DNA of 63,507 nt, counting the filler, from Octopus bimaculoides (Eukaryota): NCBI RefSeq assembly GCF_001194135.2. It is 6 parts of 6 records of this genome, joined end to end, with 100 filler letters (N's around TTAATTAATTAA, not from the genome) between each part and the next. Parts side by side here need not be neighbours in the genome. Positions count along the whole stretch, not along the records: positions 1 to 21,654 come from NC_068994.1; 5 more parts are not named here. The stretch is one strand, 5' to 3'. Made by a program: the position numbers and the translations under genes. Shown one piece after another: positions 1 to 11,438 of this stretch. Each line of letters opens with the position of its first letter. Position 1 is the stretch's first letter. The notes under the pieces are model-generated. The model searched no databases and was not told the DNA's origin. It worked only from the letters and a program-made list of their open reading frames with translations.

Positions 1-252
1 TAATTTGCGTATACAGATTTAATCTGCGATCCATGGGACGAGCCGTTTTAACGTTGCGTCCTGCCCGAAGCTCGTCGAAACGCCGGTGTTAAAACGTGGG
101 TAGCTGAAGAAGTAGAATGTTCTCTATGTGGCTCGTGTGTTCTCGTCTACGTTTGTGTGCAATGTCCTGTACCCAGATATGCACCTATACATACAGGTGG
201 ATGTCGGTATGCACATACCTGTACGTATATATGCATATACTCATTTACTTTT

Positions 253-259
<7 letters not shown>
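1..259. mobile_element. Terminal fragment of a probable Penelope-like (pLTR-type) repeat ending in (TA)n
   Basis: CpG-rich; ends in a pyrimidine-rich stretch plus (TA)n; shares atgtcctgtac and gttaaaa...ctgaa/gaag...ggctc motifs with the repeat at 62938-63140. Confidence 0.35.
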
Positions 260-282
<23 letters not shown>

Positions 283-283
<1 letters not shown>

Positions 284-713
284 ACCTTTGTCTTTCACTC
301 ATTTTAGTCATTAGACCATGGCTTTAGACAAATGAACTGACCCCAGGACTTATTCTTTATAAGCCTAGTACTTATTCTATCAATCTTTTTTGCTCAACTA
401 CTGATTTACAGGAACATCATCATCATCATCATCATCATCGTTTAACGTCCGCTTTCCATGCTAGCATGGGTTGGACGATTTGACTGAGGACTGGTGAAAC
501 CGGATGGCAACACCAGGCTCCAGTCTGATTTGGCAGAGTTTCTACAGCTGGATGCCCTTCCTAACGCCAACCACTCATAAACACATATATATATGATGGA
601 TTTCTTTTAGGCTTTGTCCACCATAATCAGGCTTTGGTTAGCCTGAGGCTATATTAGAAGAGATGCCATGCAGTTGGAGTGCAAACTTGGTAACGCATGG
701 CCATGCCTGTGCC
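283..713 (-). mobile_element. Old SINE-A copy split by an RTE-tail insertion
   Basis: 3' half (gacccaggacttattcttt...gcctagtacttattctatc) at 283-414 and 5' half at about 590-713 match the reverse complement of 2361-2780. Confidence 0.7.
415..576 (-). mobile_element. Young 5'-truncated RTE LINE 3' end (family D) with (GAT)n tail
   Basis: (CAT)n then cgtttaacgtccgctttccatgctagcatgggttggacg...ggatgcccttcctaacgccaaccactc; identical to the copy starting at 48428. Confidence 0.85.
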
Positions 714-759
<46 letters not shown>

Positions 760-854
760 NNNNNNNNNNACAAGGAAATATAAAAATTAGAACAAAATTA
801 AAAGTGAAAGTAGGAAACAAAGGAAGACACATGAACATTGTCAACTGGAATAAC

Positions 855-896
<42 letters not shown>

Positions 897-897
897 T

Positions 898-1560
898 TCA
901 AATTGTTCCACAAGGGCAGCAGAAAGGATGAGTCGATTAAATCCACCCCAGTGTTCAATTGTATTTTATCGACCCTGTACTTATTTTATCAACCCTGAAA
1001 GGATGAAAGGCAATGTGAACCTTGCAGAATTTGAACTCACAACGTAGCGATGGTCGAAATACCATTAAGCACTTCGTCCAGTGTTCTAACGATTCTGCCA
1101 GTTTGTAACTTTTATAATAATGACAGCAACAACAATTATTTTTATTATGGCACAAGGCCTGAAATTTTGGATAGGGGACTAGTTGAGTACACTGACCCCC
1201 AGAATTTGACTGGTACTTTATTTTATGAACCTTGAGATAATAAAAGACAAAATCAAGCTGTGTGAAATTTGATATCAGAGTGTAAAGAGCTAGAAAAAAT
1301 GTCATTAAGCAATTTTGCCAAGTGGATTAACAATTCTACTAGTTCACTACCCTAATAATAATGGTCCTTTTTACCATAGGCCCAAAATCTGAAATTGGTG
1401 GGGAGGGGGTCTAGTCAATGACATCAACCCCAGTGCTCAACTGGTACTTGGTTTTATTAACCCCTAAACAGATGAAAGGCAGAGCTGACCTTGGTAGAAA
1501 TGGCTCTAAGCATTTTGTCTGGCATGCTAACCATTTTGCCAGTTCGTTGGCCTTTATAAT
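898..1560 (-). mobile_element. Train of three old SINE-B copies separated by (AAT)n
   Basis: Repeated cccagtg...actggtact...tttatc.accc.gaaaggatgaaaggc...gaatttgaactc blocks at about 930-1095, 1140-1350 and 1365-1555. Confidence 0.85.
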
Positions 1561-1874
1561 AAAAATGATAATAATAGTGATATCTTGTTATGATCTTATT
1601 GAAGCCTATTACTTTGTAATTGTCCTTATTGCATTTGAATTTTATTCATAGATGTATGTATTTCTGTTTTTTTTTTGTTTTTTTTTAATAGATTATTTCT
1701 TGTTTCTCAGTGTTTTTTTTTTTGTAGTTTTTGCTTCTTTTTTTTTCTGTTATTATTATCATTTTGCTCATTCAGAATTGTTATATATTCCTTCAATTTG
1801 AATAAGAACAGTACAGATCTCACAACAGAAAAATATCAGAGAGCAGAAAAAAGAAAAAGAAGAATTTAAAGCTT

Positions 1875-2280
1875 ATGACGACAACGATGACGGTGACGGT
1901 GAAGCTGCTGTTATTGATAATGATGATGATAATGAAGATTACATTGATAACGATAGCACTGCTATGGTAGCGGTGGTGATGAGGAAGGGGGAGATAGATG
2001 ACATTGATGATGATGTCAACAACAATGATGATAATGATGGTGATGATAAGAATACTGACAATAACAATGGAAGAGGTGAGGATAAGGGCAATTATGAAGA
2101 GGTAGGGACTGATGATGATGAGGATGAAAAAGAAGAAGAGTGTAGGTGAGGAGGTAGCTGATATTGATCCTGATGTCAACAACACCAACTATGATGATGA
2201 GAATAATAACAAGGGTGATGATTAAGGATGATTAAGGATGATTATGAAGAAATTAATGATGACACTGATGATGACTATTT
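1875..2280. repeat. Degenerate (GAT/AAC/GAG)n trinucleotide mosaic
   Basis: Runs of gatgatgat, aacaac, gaagag; yields only low-complexity D/N/I ORFs. Confidence 0.85.
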
Positions 2281-2360
2281 TTTCTATTATGACCTAAGAA
2301 CAATTTCAACACTTCACTGAGTTAACCTTACAAAACCCTAAAGCAAAATTACCAATACAT

Positions 2361-2531
2361 GGCGCAGGAGTGGCTGTGTGGTAAGTAGCTTGCTTATGAA
2401 CCACAAGGTTCCGGGTTCAGTCCCACTGTGTGGCACCTTGGGCAAGTGTCTTCTGCTATAGCCTCGGGCCGACCAAAGCCTTGTAAGTGGATTTGGTAGG
2501 CAGAAACTGAAAGAAGCCCATCGTATATATG

Positions 2532-2596
<65 letters not shown>

Positions 2597-2780
2597 CTCC
2601 CCAGCATCGCTTGACAACCAATGCTGGTGTGTTTATGTCCCCGTAACTTAGCGGTTTGGCAAAAGAGACTGATAGAATAAGTACTAGGCTTACAAAGAAT
2701 AAGTCCTGGGGTCGAATTGCTCGACTAAAGGCAGTGCTTCAGCATGGCCGCAGTCAAATGACTGAAAAGAGTAAAAGAGT
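2361..2780 (+). mobile_element. Full-length SINE-A (tRNA-derived head, ccttgggcaagt central motif, internal (TA)n(TG)n, CR1-like 3' stem-loop)
   Basis: A-box-like gtggctgtgtggtaag, B-box-like gggttcagtccc, tail cagcatggccgcagtcaaatgactgaaa; flanked by TSD AATACAT (2354-2360, 2781-2787). Confidence 0.92.
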
Positions 2781-2816
2781 AATACATGCTTTAACATCTT
2801 ATACATCTTCTAAGGT

Positions 2817-3612
2817 GGTGATGAGCCGGCAGAATTGTTAACATGCTGGGCAAAATGCTTAGCAGCATTTCATCCATCTTTATGTTCCAGGTTCAAATGC
2901 TTTAATTCTTTTGGAGTCGATAAAATAAGGGCCAGTTGAGCACTGGGGGTCGATGTAATCAATATTCATGCCTTCCCCCAAAAATTTGGTTGGATGGTGC
3001 AGTTGATTTTATTGACTTAAGTACTCAACTGGTACTTATTTTATCAACCCCAAAGGGATGAAAAATAGAGTCAGCATCAGTACCATTTGAACTCAGAATG
3101 TTAAAATCGGTGAAATACCACTAAGCCTTTTACCTGGCATGCTAACAATTCTGCCAGCTTGCGGCCTGAATAATAATTATATAATAATGGTTTCAAATTT
3201 TGGCACGAGGCCAGCAAGTTCAGGGAGGAGATAAGTTGATTGCATCAACCCCAGTGTTCAACTGGTACTTACTTTATCTACCCTGAAAGGATGAAAGACA
3301 AAGTCGACCTCAGCAGAATCTGAACTCAGAATGTAAAGGGCAAAATGTCACAAAGCATTCTGTCCAGTGTACTAACGATTCTGCCAGCTCACCATAATAA
3401 TAATAATAATAATCCTTTCTATTATAGGTATAAGGACTAAAATTTTGCGGGAGGGGATAAGTTGATTAAATCAACCCCAGTGTTTCACTGGTACTTAATT
3501 TATTGACTCCGAAAGGATGAAAGCAAAGTGGATCTCGGCAGAATTTGAACTCAGAATGTAAAGACGAGCATTCTGCTTCACATATGAACAGTTCTGCCAG
3601 CTAGCCACCTTC
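2817..3612. mobile_element. SINE-B cluster: one + copy (2817-2987) tail-to-tail with three - copies (about 3000-3170, 3190-3392, 3415-3612)
   Basis: Same head (gagctggcagaat.gttagca...ttctgagttcaaat) and central gcctttcatcctttcggggtcgataaa.taagtaccagt block, which resembles the Meta domain of MetaSINEs (from memory). Confidence 0.85.
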
Positions 3613-3676
3613 ATAATAATAATAATGATAAGAATAATCCTTTCTATTAAAGCCACAAGCCTGATAATAATAATAA

Positions 3677-3723
<47 letters not shown>

Positions 3724-3817
3724 ATTTCTTTTGTTTACCACAAGGGCAACGGATGAGGGAACCTTACAAGAATGATGGGGATTTTTTTTGCAGAATTGAT
3801 TAGTAATAATAATAATG

Positions 3818-3859
<42 letters not shown>

Positions 3860-4961
3860 GGCTGACAAAAACACTAAAGTCTCTTGTTTCCTTTGATTCA
3901 AAAGACATTTTTCAGGAATGGATTTACGGTCCATTAAAGTATTGAGTTGAACCAAGGGTTAGAATCAATAAGAAGAAGAAAGGGTGGTGGCGGTGGTGGT
4001 GCTATTTGTTGTTTTGTTTTTTTTACTACCCCACCCATCCCCCACTCCTTTTTTTTTTTTTTTCATATTCCCAAAACCAAAAATACTGCTTAGATGTTTA
4101 TTTCAATGAAACTATATTTCTGGTAATGCATTTGGTGAGATAGAAGGGTGGGGAAGAAGAGTAAGGTTATTTATTATTGCCTAGAATATGAGACAACAAC
4201 AAATAATCATGGGAAAGATATATATATATATATATATATATCTTTCCTGAGAGAAAGTGAGGGAAAAAAACTAAACTGAAAAAATTAAACATCAATTATG
4301 AATATGACTGTTAAGTAATTGTTAATCATCAAACCAATCTTAATTTTAACAAATTATGCAAAAATTAGATATTAGTAAACATTAACTTTGCAATATATCA
4401 TACGATAAAGATAATATAATAGTGTAATAAAAAATGTATAAATAAATGAATGAATGAATGAATAATAACAATAATAATAATAATAATAACAATAATGTTT
4501 TTTTTATTTATACCACAAAGGTGAAGATGAAAGGAATATCTAAGGACAAATTCCAAGAGTGAAGCTGTTGGGGGTTTGCAGAACTGAGTGTTAGGAAACA
4601 GGTATTGTAAGCGATGGCATAAATATGAAGGGAGAACATGAAAGAAAACAGCATCCCAACAGGGCTGTGGTTCTCAACATATGGTCTACAGACAGTTAGT
4701 GATCCATGATAATTTTTCCGAGTGGACCATGTTCAAAGTCTTTGGAAAAATCAAACTTATATGTGCTTGTGAAGTATGGCTGTAACAAATTTGTTCTGAT
4801 GTACACATGTGAATGTTTGTTCTTGTGCTTGTAGTTTCCTTATCTTGACTTCGTGCAAGTAGTCGTCAGCAAACATCATATGTCATGTAATCAGTGTTGG
4901 TGTCGTTCATTCACGATCTCTGAAATCATGGCTAACCATTGTACTATCTTTTTTTTTTTTT

Positions 4962-5317
4962 TTCTCAGTCGTTAGACTGTGGCCTTGCTGGGGCACAAGC
5001 TTAAGGAATTTTTAGTTGAATGAATTGACCACACCCCAGTACTCTTCTTTTTAAGCCTGGTACTTGTTCTATCAGTCCCTTTTGCTGAACCACTAAGTTA
5101 TGGGGGGATATAAACACACTAATAGCAGTCATCAAGCAATGGTGGGGGACAAACACACACACACACACACACACACATGATGTGCTTCTTCCAGTTTCCA
5201 TCTACCAAATCTAATCACAAGGCATTGGTTAGCCCAAAGCTACCTGCCCAAGATGTCATGCAGGTGGGACTGAACCCCAGCTGGGAAGCATACTTCTTAC
5301 CACACAGCCATGCCTGT
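4962..5317 (-). mobile_element. SINE-A, older variant, near full length
   Basis: Reverse complement of SINE-A head (cttcttaccacacagccatgcc), internal (CA)n, and tail (gactgtggccttgctggggcac). Confidence 0.8.
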
Positions 5318-5384
5318 AGTGTTTGTAATCAAAAGATTGGTGGAAATATAACCTTACAAGCAGCTGAAATGGGGTACATCTGAA

Positions 5385-5760
5385 GAACCTCTGTAGTAAT
5401 GTTACTCAACAGGGTGCATGCCATGGAGATCAGGGAATCTCTAAATGACAAGCTTCTACTTCTCTGCATTGATTCTTTCCTGTAACAAGCTAATCACTGT
5501 GGACATGTTATTAGACTGTTACAGGAAGACTCACAAAATGGATTCTTCAAGCGAAGCCAACCCAACCAGCAAGAGGCCTAGGAGTTAACCAAGAATGAGA
5601 TGGTTGGATAATGGTCATAATCTCATTTGGTGATGACAGAGAATCCAGCCAGAATGTGTAATGACAGTTGCTACTGATAGGACCCTATGGAGGAGGTTCT
5701 CACGGTCTCTATCCCCACAACTCCCTTAAGAATAGAATGCAGAGTCAGTAGATGGATGGA
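5385..5760 (+). mobile_element. RTE-clade LINE (family 2) 3' ORF2 remnant
   Basis: Degenerate GHVIRL..., RPR...RWLDN..., DRTLWRR motifs; homologous to 51800-52110. Confidence 0.7.
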
Positions 5761-5871
5761 AATAGATGAGGGCTGATAAAAGAAGGGTTGCTGGTCATGG
5801 AAAATCAGCTTCTAAGAATTTCCTCCAAAAGTATGAAGAGTGAATATTAAAACAACAAAGATGACAACAAC

Positions 5872-5906
<35 letters not shown>

Positions 5907-6384
5907 CGATGACAATGACGATGACAATGACGATGACGACGATGTGCTTAGATTTGAATTATCACATTTAAATAGCTTTACAAGTCCAATGCTTAGATCT
6001 TCACACTACACTAAAATATCAAAGTTTTGATTTATGAACTTTGTAGTAAGATAATAAAGTACCTTAAATCCAACAGGGATTTGAGAAAGATGATCTTCAA
6101 AAGCTTGTTAGTAAAGCCAAAGAAAAAAAAAACAAAAGTTTTATGAAGATATGACTATTATTTCTGTAAACAGTTGTCATCCAAACAATCATCATCTAAT
6201 ACCATACAACCTTGAACTTTCAAATGTTGATTGCCAAGGGAGTAACTATATCATATTGTACTGAATATGCTTTGATGAAAATTATTATATATATATTATT
6301 TAAAATTGGTACATTTGTTTTTAAGGTTTGACCAAGGCATTGGAAGAATTTTATCTTTAGTTGATCTGGTAACAAGAATTTTTA

Positions 6385-6870
6385 TTGTAAGATCTTATAA
6401 CGTTGGGTAAAATGTATTGCTGTTTCTTTTTTTGCTTTTTGTTCTATTTCTTTTACATTCCAAGTTCAAATCTTGTTAAGGTCAACTTTGCTTTCACCCT
6501 TCTGGAGTTGATAAATAAAATACCAATAAAATATTAACCTCAATTGTATCGACAAACACCCTCCCTTCATAATTGCTAGCTTTGTGCCCAAATCAGTAGC
6601 ATTATAATTATCATTACTGTAATTGTTGGTGAAAAGTTAGAGCTTTGGACAAAATACTTAGTGGCATTTATTTTGACTCTTTACCTCCTGAGTTCAAATT
6701 CTGCTTGTGTTAACTGTGCTTTTTATCTTTCTGTGTGGCCAATAAAGGAAGTTATCTTTCTGGGGTTGATAAAATAAAATGCCAGTTTAAATCTGAAGTT
6801 GATGTCATCAACTAATCCTTGCCTCTCAAAATTTCTGGCCTTGTGCCAAAATTAGAAAGAATTATTATTA
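6385..6870 (+). mobile_element. Old SINE-B copies (about three)
   Basis: aagttcaaatc...ggtcaactttgctttcacccttctggagttgataaa motifs repeated. Confidence 0.7.
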
Positions 6871-6984
6871 TGAGTATCTTTTTTTTTTTTACTGTGACCA
6901 TGCTGGAGTACTGCAAATAAATGTGGACAAGAAACCTCAAGAAGCCTCATTTAATTATAAGATAATTTGCATTATTTTGCCCAA

Positions 6985-8435
6985 AAGAAATTATGCATCT
7001 TGTAGTTGGTGAAGAAACAGTAAGAAATTGGAATAAATTTGAATGATATATCTGTTTCCAATGACATGACACAGAGACAGATAACAGGGATATTAGACAA
7101 CATATATAACCAAGTTTTGAATGAAATAAAAACATCAACAATGTTCATTATAAAGTCAGACAAAATGGCTGATGCCTCAATAAGCTCTCAATTATTGATA
7201 TTTGTGCAATATATATTCAACAGATATTTAAAAGACAATCTTCTTTTTTTTTTTTGGAAAATGTATAGAAACCGCAACAAAAGCTCGAGACATGTTGGGA
7301 ACCGTTTACAATTTCTTTCAAGTAAATGGTTTGAAATGGAAAAAACTTGTTGGTGCCTTGATAGTGCACCAACAAAGGATACAACTGATGGTGTATCTAT
7401 TATGCATGGTTCAAGATCTGACATCAAAAGACTAGAAAATAGGTATGTCCAACAGGGGTAGACTTGAGTCCATTGCTTTCTCACCAGTGAGGTACTGGCA
7501 TCAAAGACATTATCTAATAAATCAAATACAGTTTCCAAAGGTTCGATGAAGCTGATCAATTATGTCAAATTATTGGCTGTGAATATTAGATTATTTCTTT
7601 AAAAGATCTACTTGGATGTAAGTTCTGAATTTGATGTCTTGCTGTTTAATACAGAAGTCTTAAACAGCATTAGATCAAGTGTGGCTGTGTGGTTAAGAAG
7701 TTTGTTTCCCAAACTGAATGTGAGTCATTTATAATATTCTGAAAAAACATGTCTAACCACAAGAAAATATTAGCTAAGTTGCAAACAAGTAAGGATTAAT
7801 GACAAGAAGTGCATCCAACAGTAGAAAATCTGCTCCAATAAAATCTATGTCTGACCCATGGAAACTTGGCAAAATGAATGTTAAAATGATGATGATGTAT
7901 GATAATTAACAACAGAAAACAAGTGAACCAAGTTTTTGAACTAAGAGAAGAAAGACTCAAGTTACTTTTTCATAAGGAAAGTAAAAATGAATGCAAAAGT
8001 ATCAAAAACAGTCAAATTAATAGCTTGCATATTTAGCAATATACTTAAACTTTTGAACGAGTTCAATCTTCAGCTACAAGATCGAGGTGCAAATCTAGTT
8101 TTATATCAAGACATACTCAAAATATATTCTTTGAAAAGTTAAAACGATAGATTGTGAAAATTGAAGATAAAAATTTCTTCTCCAATTTCCATGGTTTAAT
8201 GCTATGACCAGAGAAAAGAACAATATGCAAACTGAAATTAATTGATCATTTGCGAAAGCTATATGACGATTTGAACATTATTTGTTAGAGGTAAATATGA
8301 CAACAGGTGAACTGTCCTTCATCAGGAGCCATTTTATAGCAGATCTCAATTCTGTTCTATAAAATCTGTTGAAGCTGTATTTGGAAACAAAGAGCTCAAG
8401 AACTTTTCAAACAATTCTGCCATAGAAAGTCTTTA
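6985..8435 (+). pseudogene. Fossil hAT transposase, Buster/Charlie (ZBED5/SCAND3-like) type, interrupted by a SINE
   Basis: Frameshifted translation gives ISVSNDMTQRQITGILDNIYNQVLNEIKTSTMF..SQLLIFVQYI, HCFLTSEVLASKTL, KLINYVK, SEFDVLLFNTEV, NQVFELREE. No TIRs seen. Confidence 0.85.
7677..7900 (+). mobile_element. Chimeric SINE (SINE-A head plus RTE-type tail) inserted in the hAT fossil
   Basis: gtggctgtgtggttaagaagtttg head; gcatccaacagtagaaaatctgc...cccatgg...gttaaaatgatgatgatg tail; sits between TEV and VFELREE. Confidence 0.75.
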
Positions 8436-8614
8436 GGTAAGCAAAATGCTTAGCATCATTTTGCCCATGTTTACATTCTGAGTTCAAATTTCACTGAGGT
8501 CAACTTTGCCTTTCATCCTTTCTGGGTCGATTAAGTACCAGCAAAACGCTGGGGTTGATGTAATCGACAAGTCTCCTCCTCTCAGATTTCAGGCTTATGT
8601 CTTAAGTAGAAAGG

Positions 8615-8652
<38 letters not shown>

Positions 8653-8875
8653 ACTGGTAAGCTGAGAGAATCATTTGCATGCCAGGCAAAATGTTTAGTG
8701 GCATTTTGTCGGTCTTTATGTTCTGAGTTAAAATTCTGCTGAGGTTGACATTGCCTTTCATCCTTTTGGAGTTGATAAAATAAGTACCAGTTATGCACTG
8801 GTGTTGATGTAATCGGCTTATCTCCTTCCCCTAAATTTCAGGCCTTGTGCCTATAGTAGAAAGGATGATTATTAT
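8435..8875 (+). mobile_element. Two tandem SINE-B copies; second begins right after the (ATT)n tail of the first
   Basis: Both end agtagaaagga(t)(tta)n. Confidence 0.85.
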
Positions 8876-8954
8876 TGCCATTATTGTTCCTCCTCCACTA
8901 CATCACCCTTAGTCATAGCTTCTTATTCCCCCAATCTATACCCAGCTCTTATAT

Positions 8955-9180
8955 TGAGAGTACTTGGTGACCTCACTAGTGCTGGGACCATGTAAAAAGC
9001 ACCCATGACACTCTGTTAAGTGGTTAGCTTTAGGAAAGGCATCCAGCTGTAGAAACCATGCCAAATCAGTCACAGGACCTGGTGCAGTGCTCTTCCTCAT
9101 CTATTCTTGTCAAGCCATCCAACCCATACCAGCATGGAAAAAGGGACATTAGATGATGATGATGATGATGATGATGATTC
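8955..9180 (+). mobile_element. RTE 3' UTR fragment (family D), older
   Basis: catgtaaaaagcacc...ggcatccagctgtagaaacc...cccataccagcatggaaaa...(gat)n. Confidence 0.8.
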
Positions 9181-9826
9181 CTCAGCCATTCAAGAGCGGA
9201 TTTTGAGGACTTAGAAATAAATAAACAAGGCATAATGTACAATGTATCTATGCAGAATATAACTTCAGAGTATATACTGTAACTGTTTCTTTTATAATTT
9301 GCAGGGACAACATAAATCAAAGTACAAACAGCAGATTATAATTTTCTGAAATCTCTTTGATCTTGTATCTGTTCACCGATTCTATCAGCTGCAACTAAAT
9401 CTTCAAGCAATTATTGGAATGGGCTTATTGCATTTTAGCCATGCTATTAAAGTCTTCAGCTATTTTACTATTTTAGGTGCTTAGGATTAAAAAAAAAAAC
9501 TTTTATTATTCTCAACACATAGCATTTTCTTTCTTTTTATCTTCAACCATTTCCTTTTTATCTTCTTTGATGATGATGATGATCGTCATCATCATCATCA
9601 TCATCGTTGTTGTCGTTGTCATCATGATACTGAATGAGTAACTTTATAAGTATTTAAACTGAATTAGTCTTCTGGGAGCCTAAAACAAGATGGAACAGGA
9701 AAATTCAAATTTAATTCCTATGAAATTCACCAAAACATTATTGCATTTTTATTTTGAATAAAACTGAAACACCAAGAATTTTTGTGTTTATTTTGGTTTT
9801 CACCTATACCCAAATGTATTGGACAG

Positions 9827-9860
<34 letters not shown>

Positions 9861-10286
9861 GGGTAGATAGATAGATAGATACATACATACATACATACAT
9901 ACATACATTGTACATTATGCCTTGTTTATGTATTCCTAAATCCTCAAAATCCACTCTTGAATGACTGAGGAATCATCACCATCTATATATATATATATAT
10001 ATATATTGTAAGATGGATGGATCGATATAGAGATAGATAGATGAACTGATATATATATTTTAGTATGAATAGTAAATGATTGATTCAAGGCATTCAAGCA
10101 CACGTATACATATAGACTACACCCTGTCTTTCTTTTCTAGAACATTATCCATTTGAGACACCCTCCTTACTCATGTCTTTCTTGCAAGTGTTGACTTACA
10201 AAGGTTTAAGAGTAACATTACTAGCAGCAAGTTCATTTGTACTCTGACATAATGCTCACTGGTATATACATATACATATAATGGTA

Positions 10287-10540
10287 ATCAGATGTAGTGT
10301 GCAAGAGGGAAGGTTGCATTGTTATGGTGTGTGGAAAGCATTGAGGATGATTGCCACCATAGAATATGCTGTGCACATCAAGATTGTGCAAAAGGAAGAT
10401 CAAGGAAGACTTGGGATGAAGTGGTGAAGTCTAACCTGATGCATCTCATGGAAATCACAAAGAACCTTAATGATTGCTGTGGCGCTGTAGAAAACTTGAC
10501 CAAACATGGAAAGACATGTTCAAATAATGGCAATGATAGA
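10287..10540 (+). mobile_element. RTE LINE (family 1) ORF2 C-terminus with short tail
   Basis: IRCSVQEGRL..., KGRSRKTWDEVVKSNL; ends catggaaa...ataatggcaatgat like family D. Confidence 0.8.
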
Positions 10541-10585
10541 GGATAAGACCTCTGTGCATCTAAGTGTGTGTGTGTGTGTGTGTAT

Positions 10586-10889
10586 AAAGGAGCACTCCGT
10601 CAGTTACAATGAACAGAACAGCTTGCTCATAAAATTAACATGCAAGTGGCTGAGCACTCCACAGACACGTGTACCCTTAACGTAGTTCTCGGGGAGATTC
10701 AGTATGACACAGAGTGTGACAAGGCTGGCCCTTTGAAATACAGGTAAAATTCATTTTTGTCAGTTGAGTGGACTGAGGCAATGTGAAATAAAGTATCTTG
10801 CTCAAGGACACAACATGTCACCAGCAATTGAACTCACAACCTTATGGCTGTGAGCCGAATGCCCCTACCACTAAGCCATGCACTTTCAC
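10586..10889 (-). mobile_element. SINE-C subfamily with CORE-type middle
   Basis: Minus strand: tRNA-like head, gtgtccttgagcaagatacttta...cattgcctcagtccactcaactg (CORE-like), then the 3' half shared with 32713-33101. Confidence 0.8.
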
Positions 10890-10946
10890 ATGTGTGTATA
10901 TATATATATATTTCAATAGAGATAGATAGATAGATAGATATGTGTG

Positions 10947-11009
<63 letters not shown>

Positions 11010-11058
11010 TGAACCTTCGTTGATGCCATGATACACACAAAAGAGAACTCAATACATG

Positions 11059-11203
11059 CTGTGAAATAGTTGGCATTAGGAAGGACATCTAGCCATAGAA
11101 ACCTTGTCAAAGCAGGCATTAGAGCTTCATACAGCCCTTGGCCACATCAAATCCTGTCAAACCATCCAATCCATGCCAGCAACGAACATGGACATTATGA
11201 TAA
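11059..11203 (+). mobile_element. Family D fragment, old
   Basis: gttggcattaggaagg.catc.agc..tagaaacc...ccatgccagc...gacattatgat. Confidence 0.75.
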
Positions 11204-11438
11204 TATATGCATGTGTATGTGTGTATGTATGTATGTGTACACACATATATATGTATATATGGAATTACCTATCAGAAGAATTCCCGGAGTGACTAACAAC
11301 TAAATGTAGTCACAGACTTTAGATACTGACTGTTGTAGTAAGCTGTTAACTGGAACTTAACTGAGAGCTAATACAATATCTGCCCACATAATATATCCCT
11401 CCAAACACACTTGATATATATATATATATATATATATA

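Noticed and set aside
37-112. Hammerhead at the window start (GACGAGC/GCTCGTC stem, GAAAC, near-palindrome; CTGAAGA at 104-110)
   Set aside because: No CUGANGA ahead of the stem and no stem I in any permutation I could fold.
4660-4760. Charlie-like hAT end (gtggttctcaac)
   Set aside because: Single short motif with no partner terminus.
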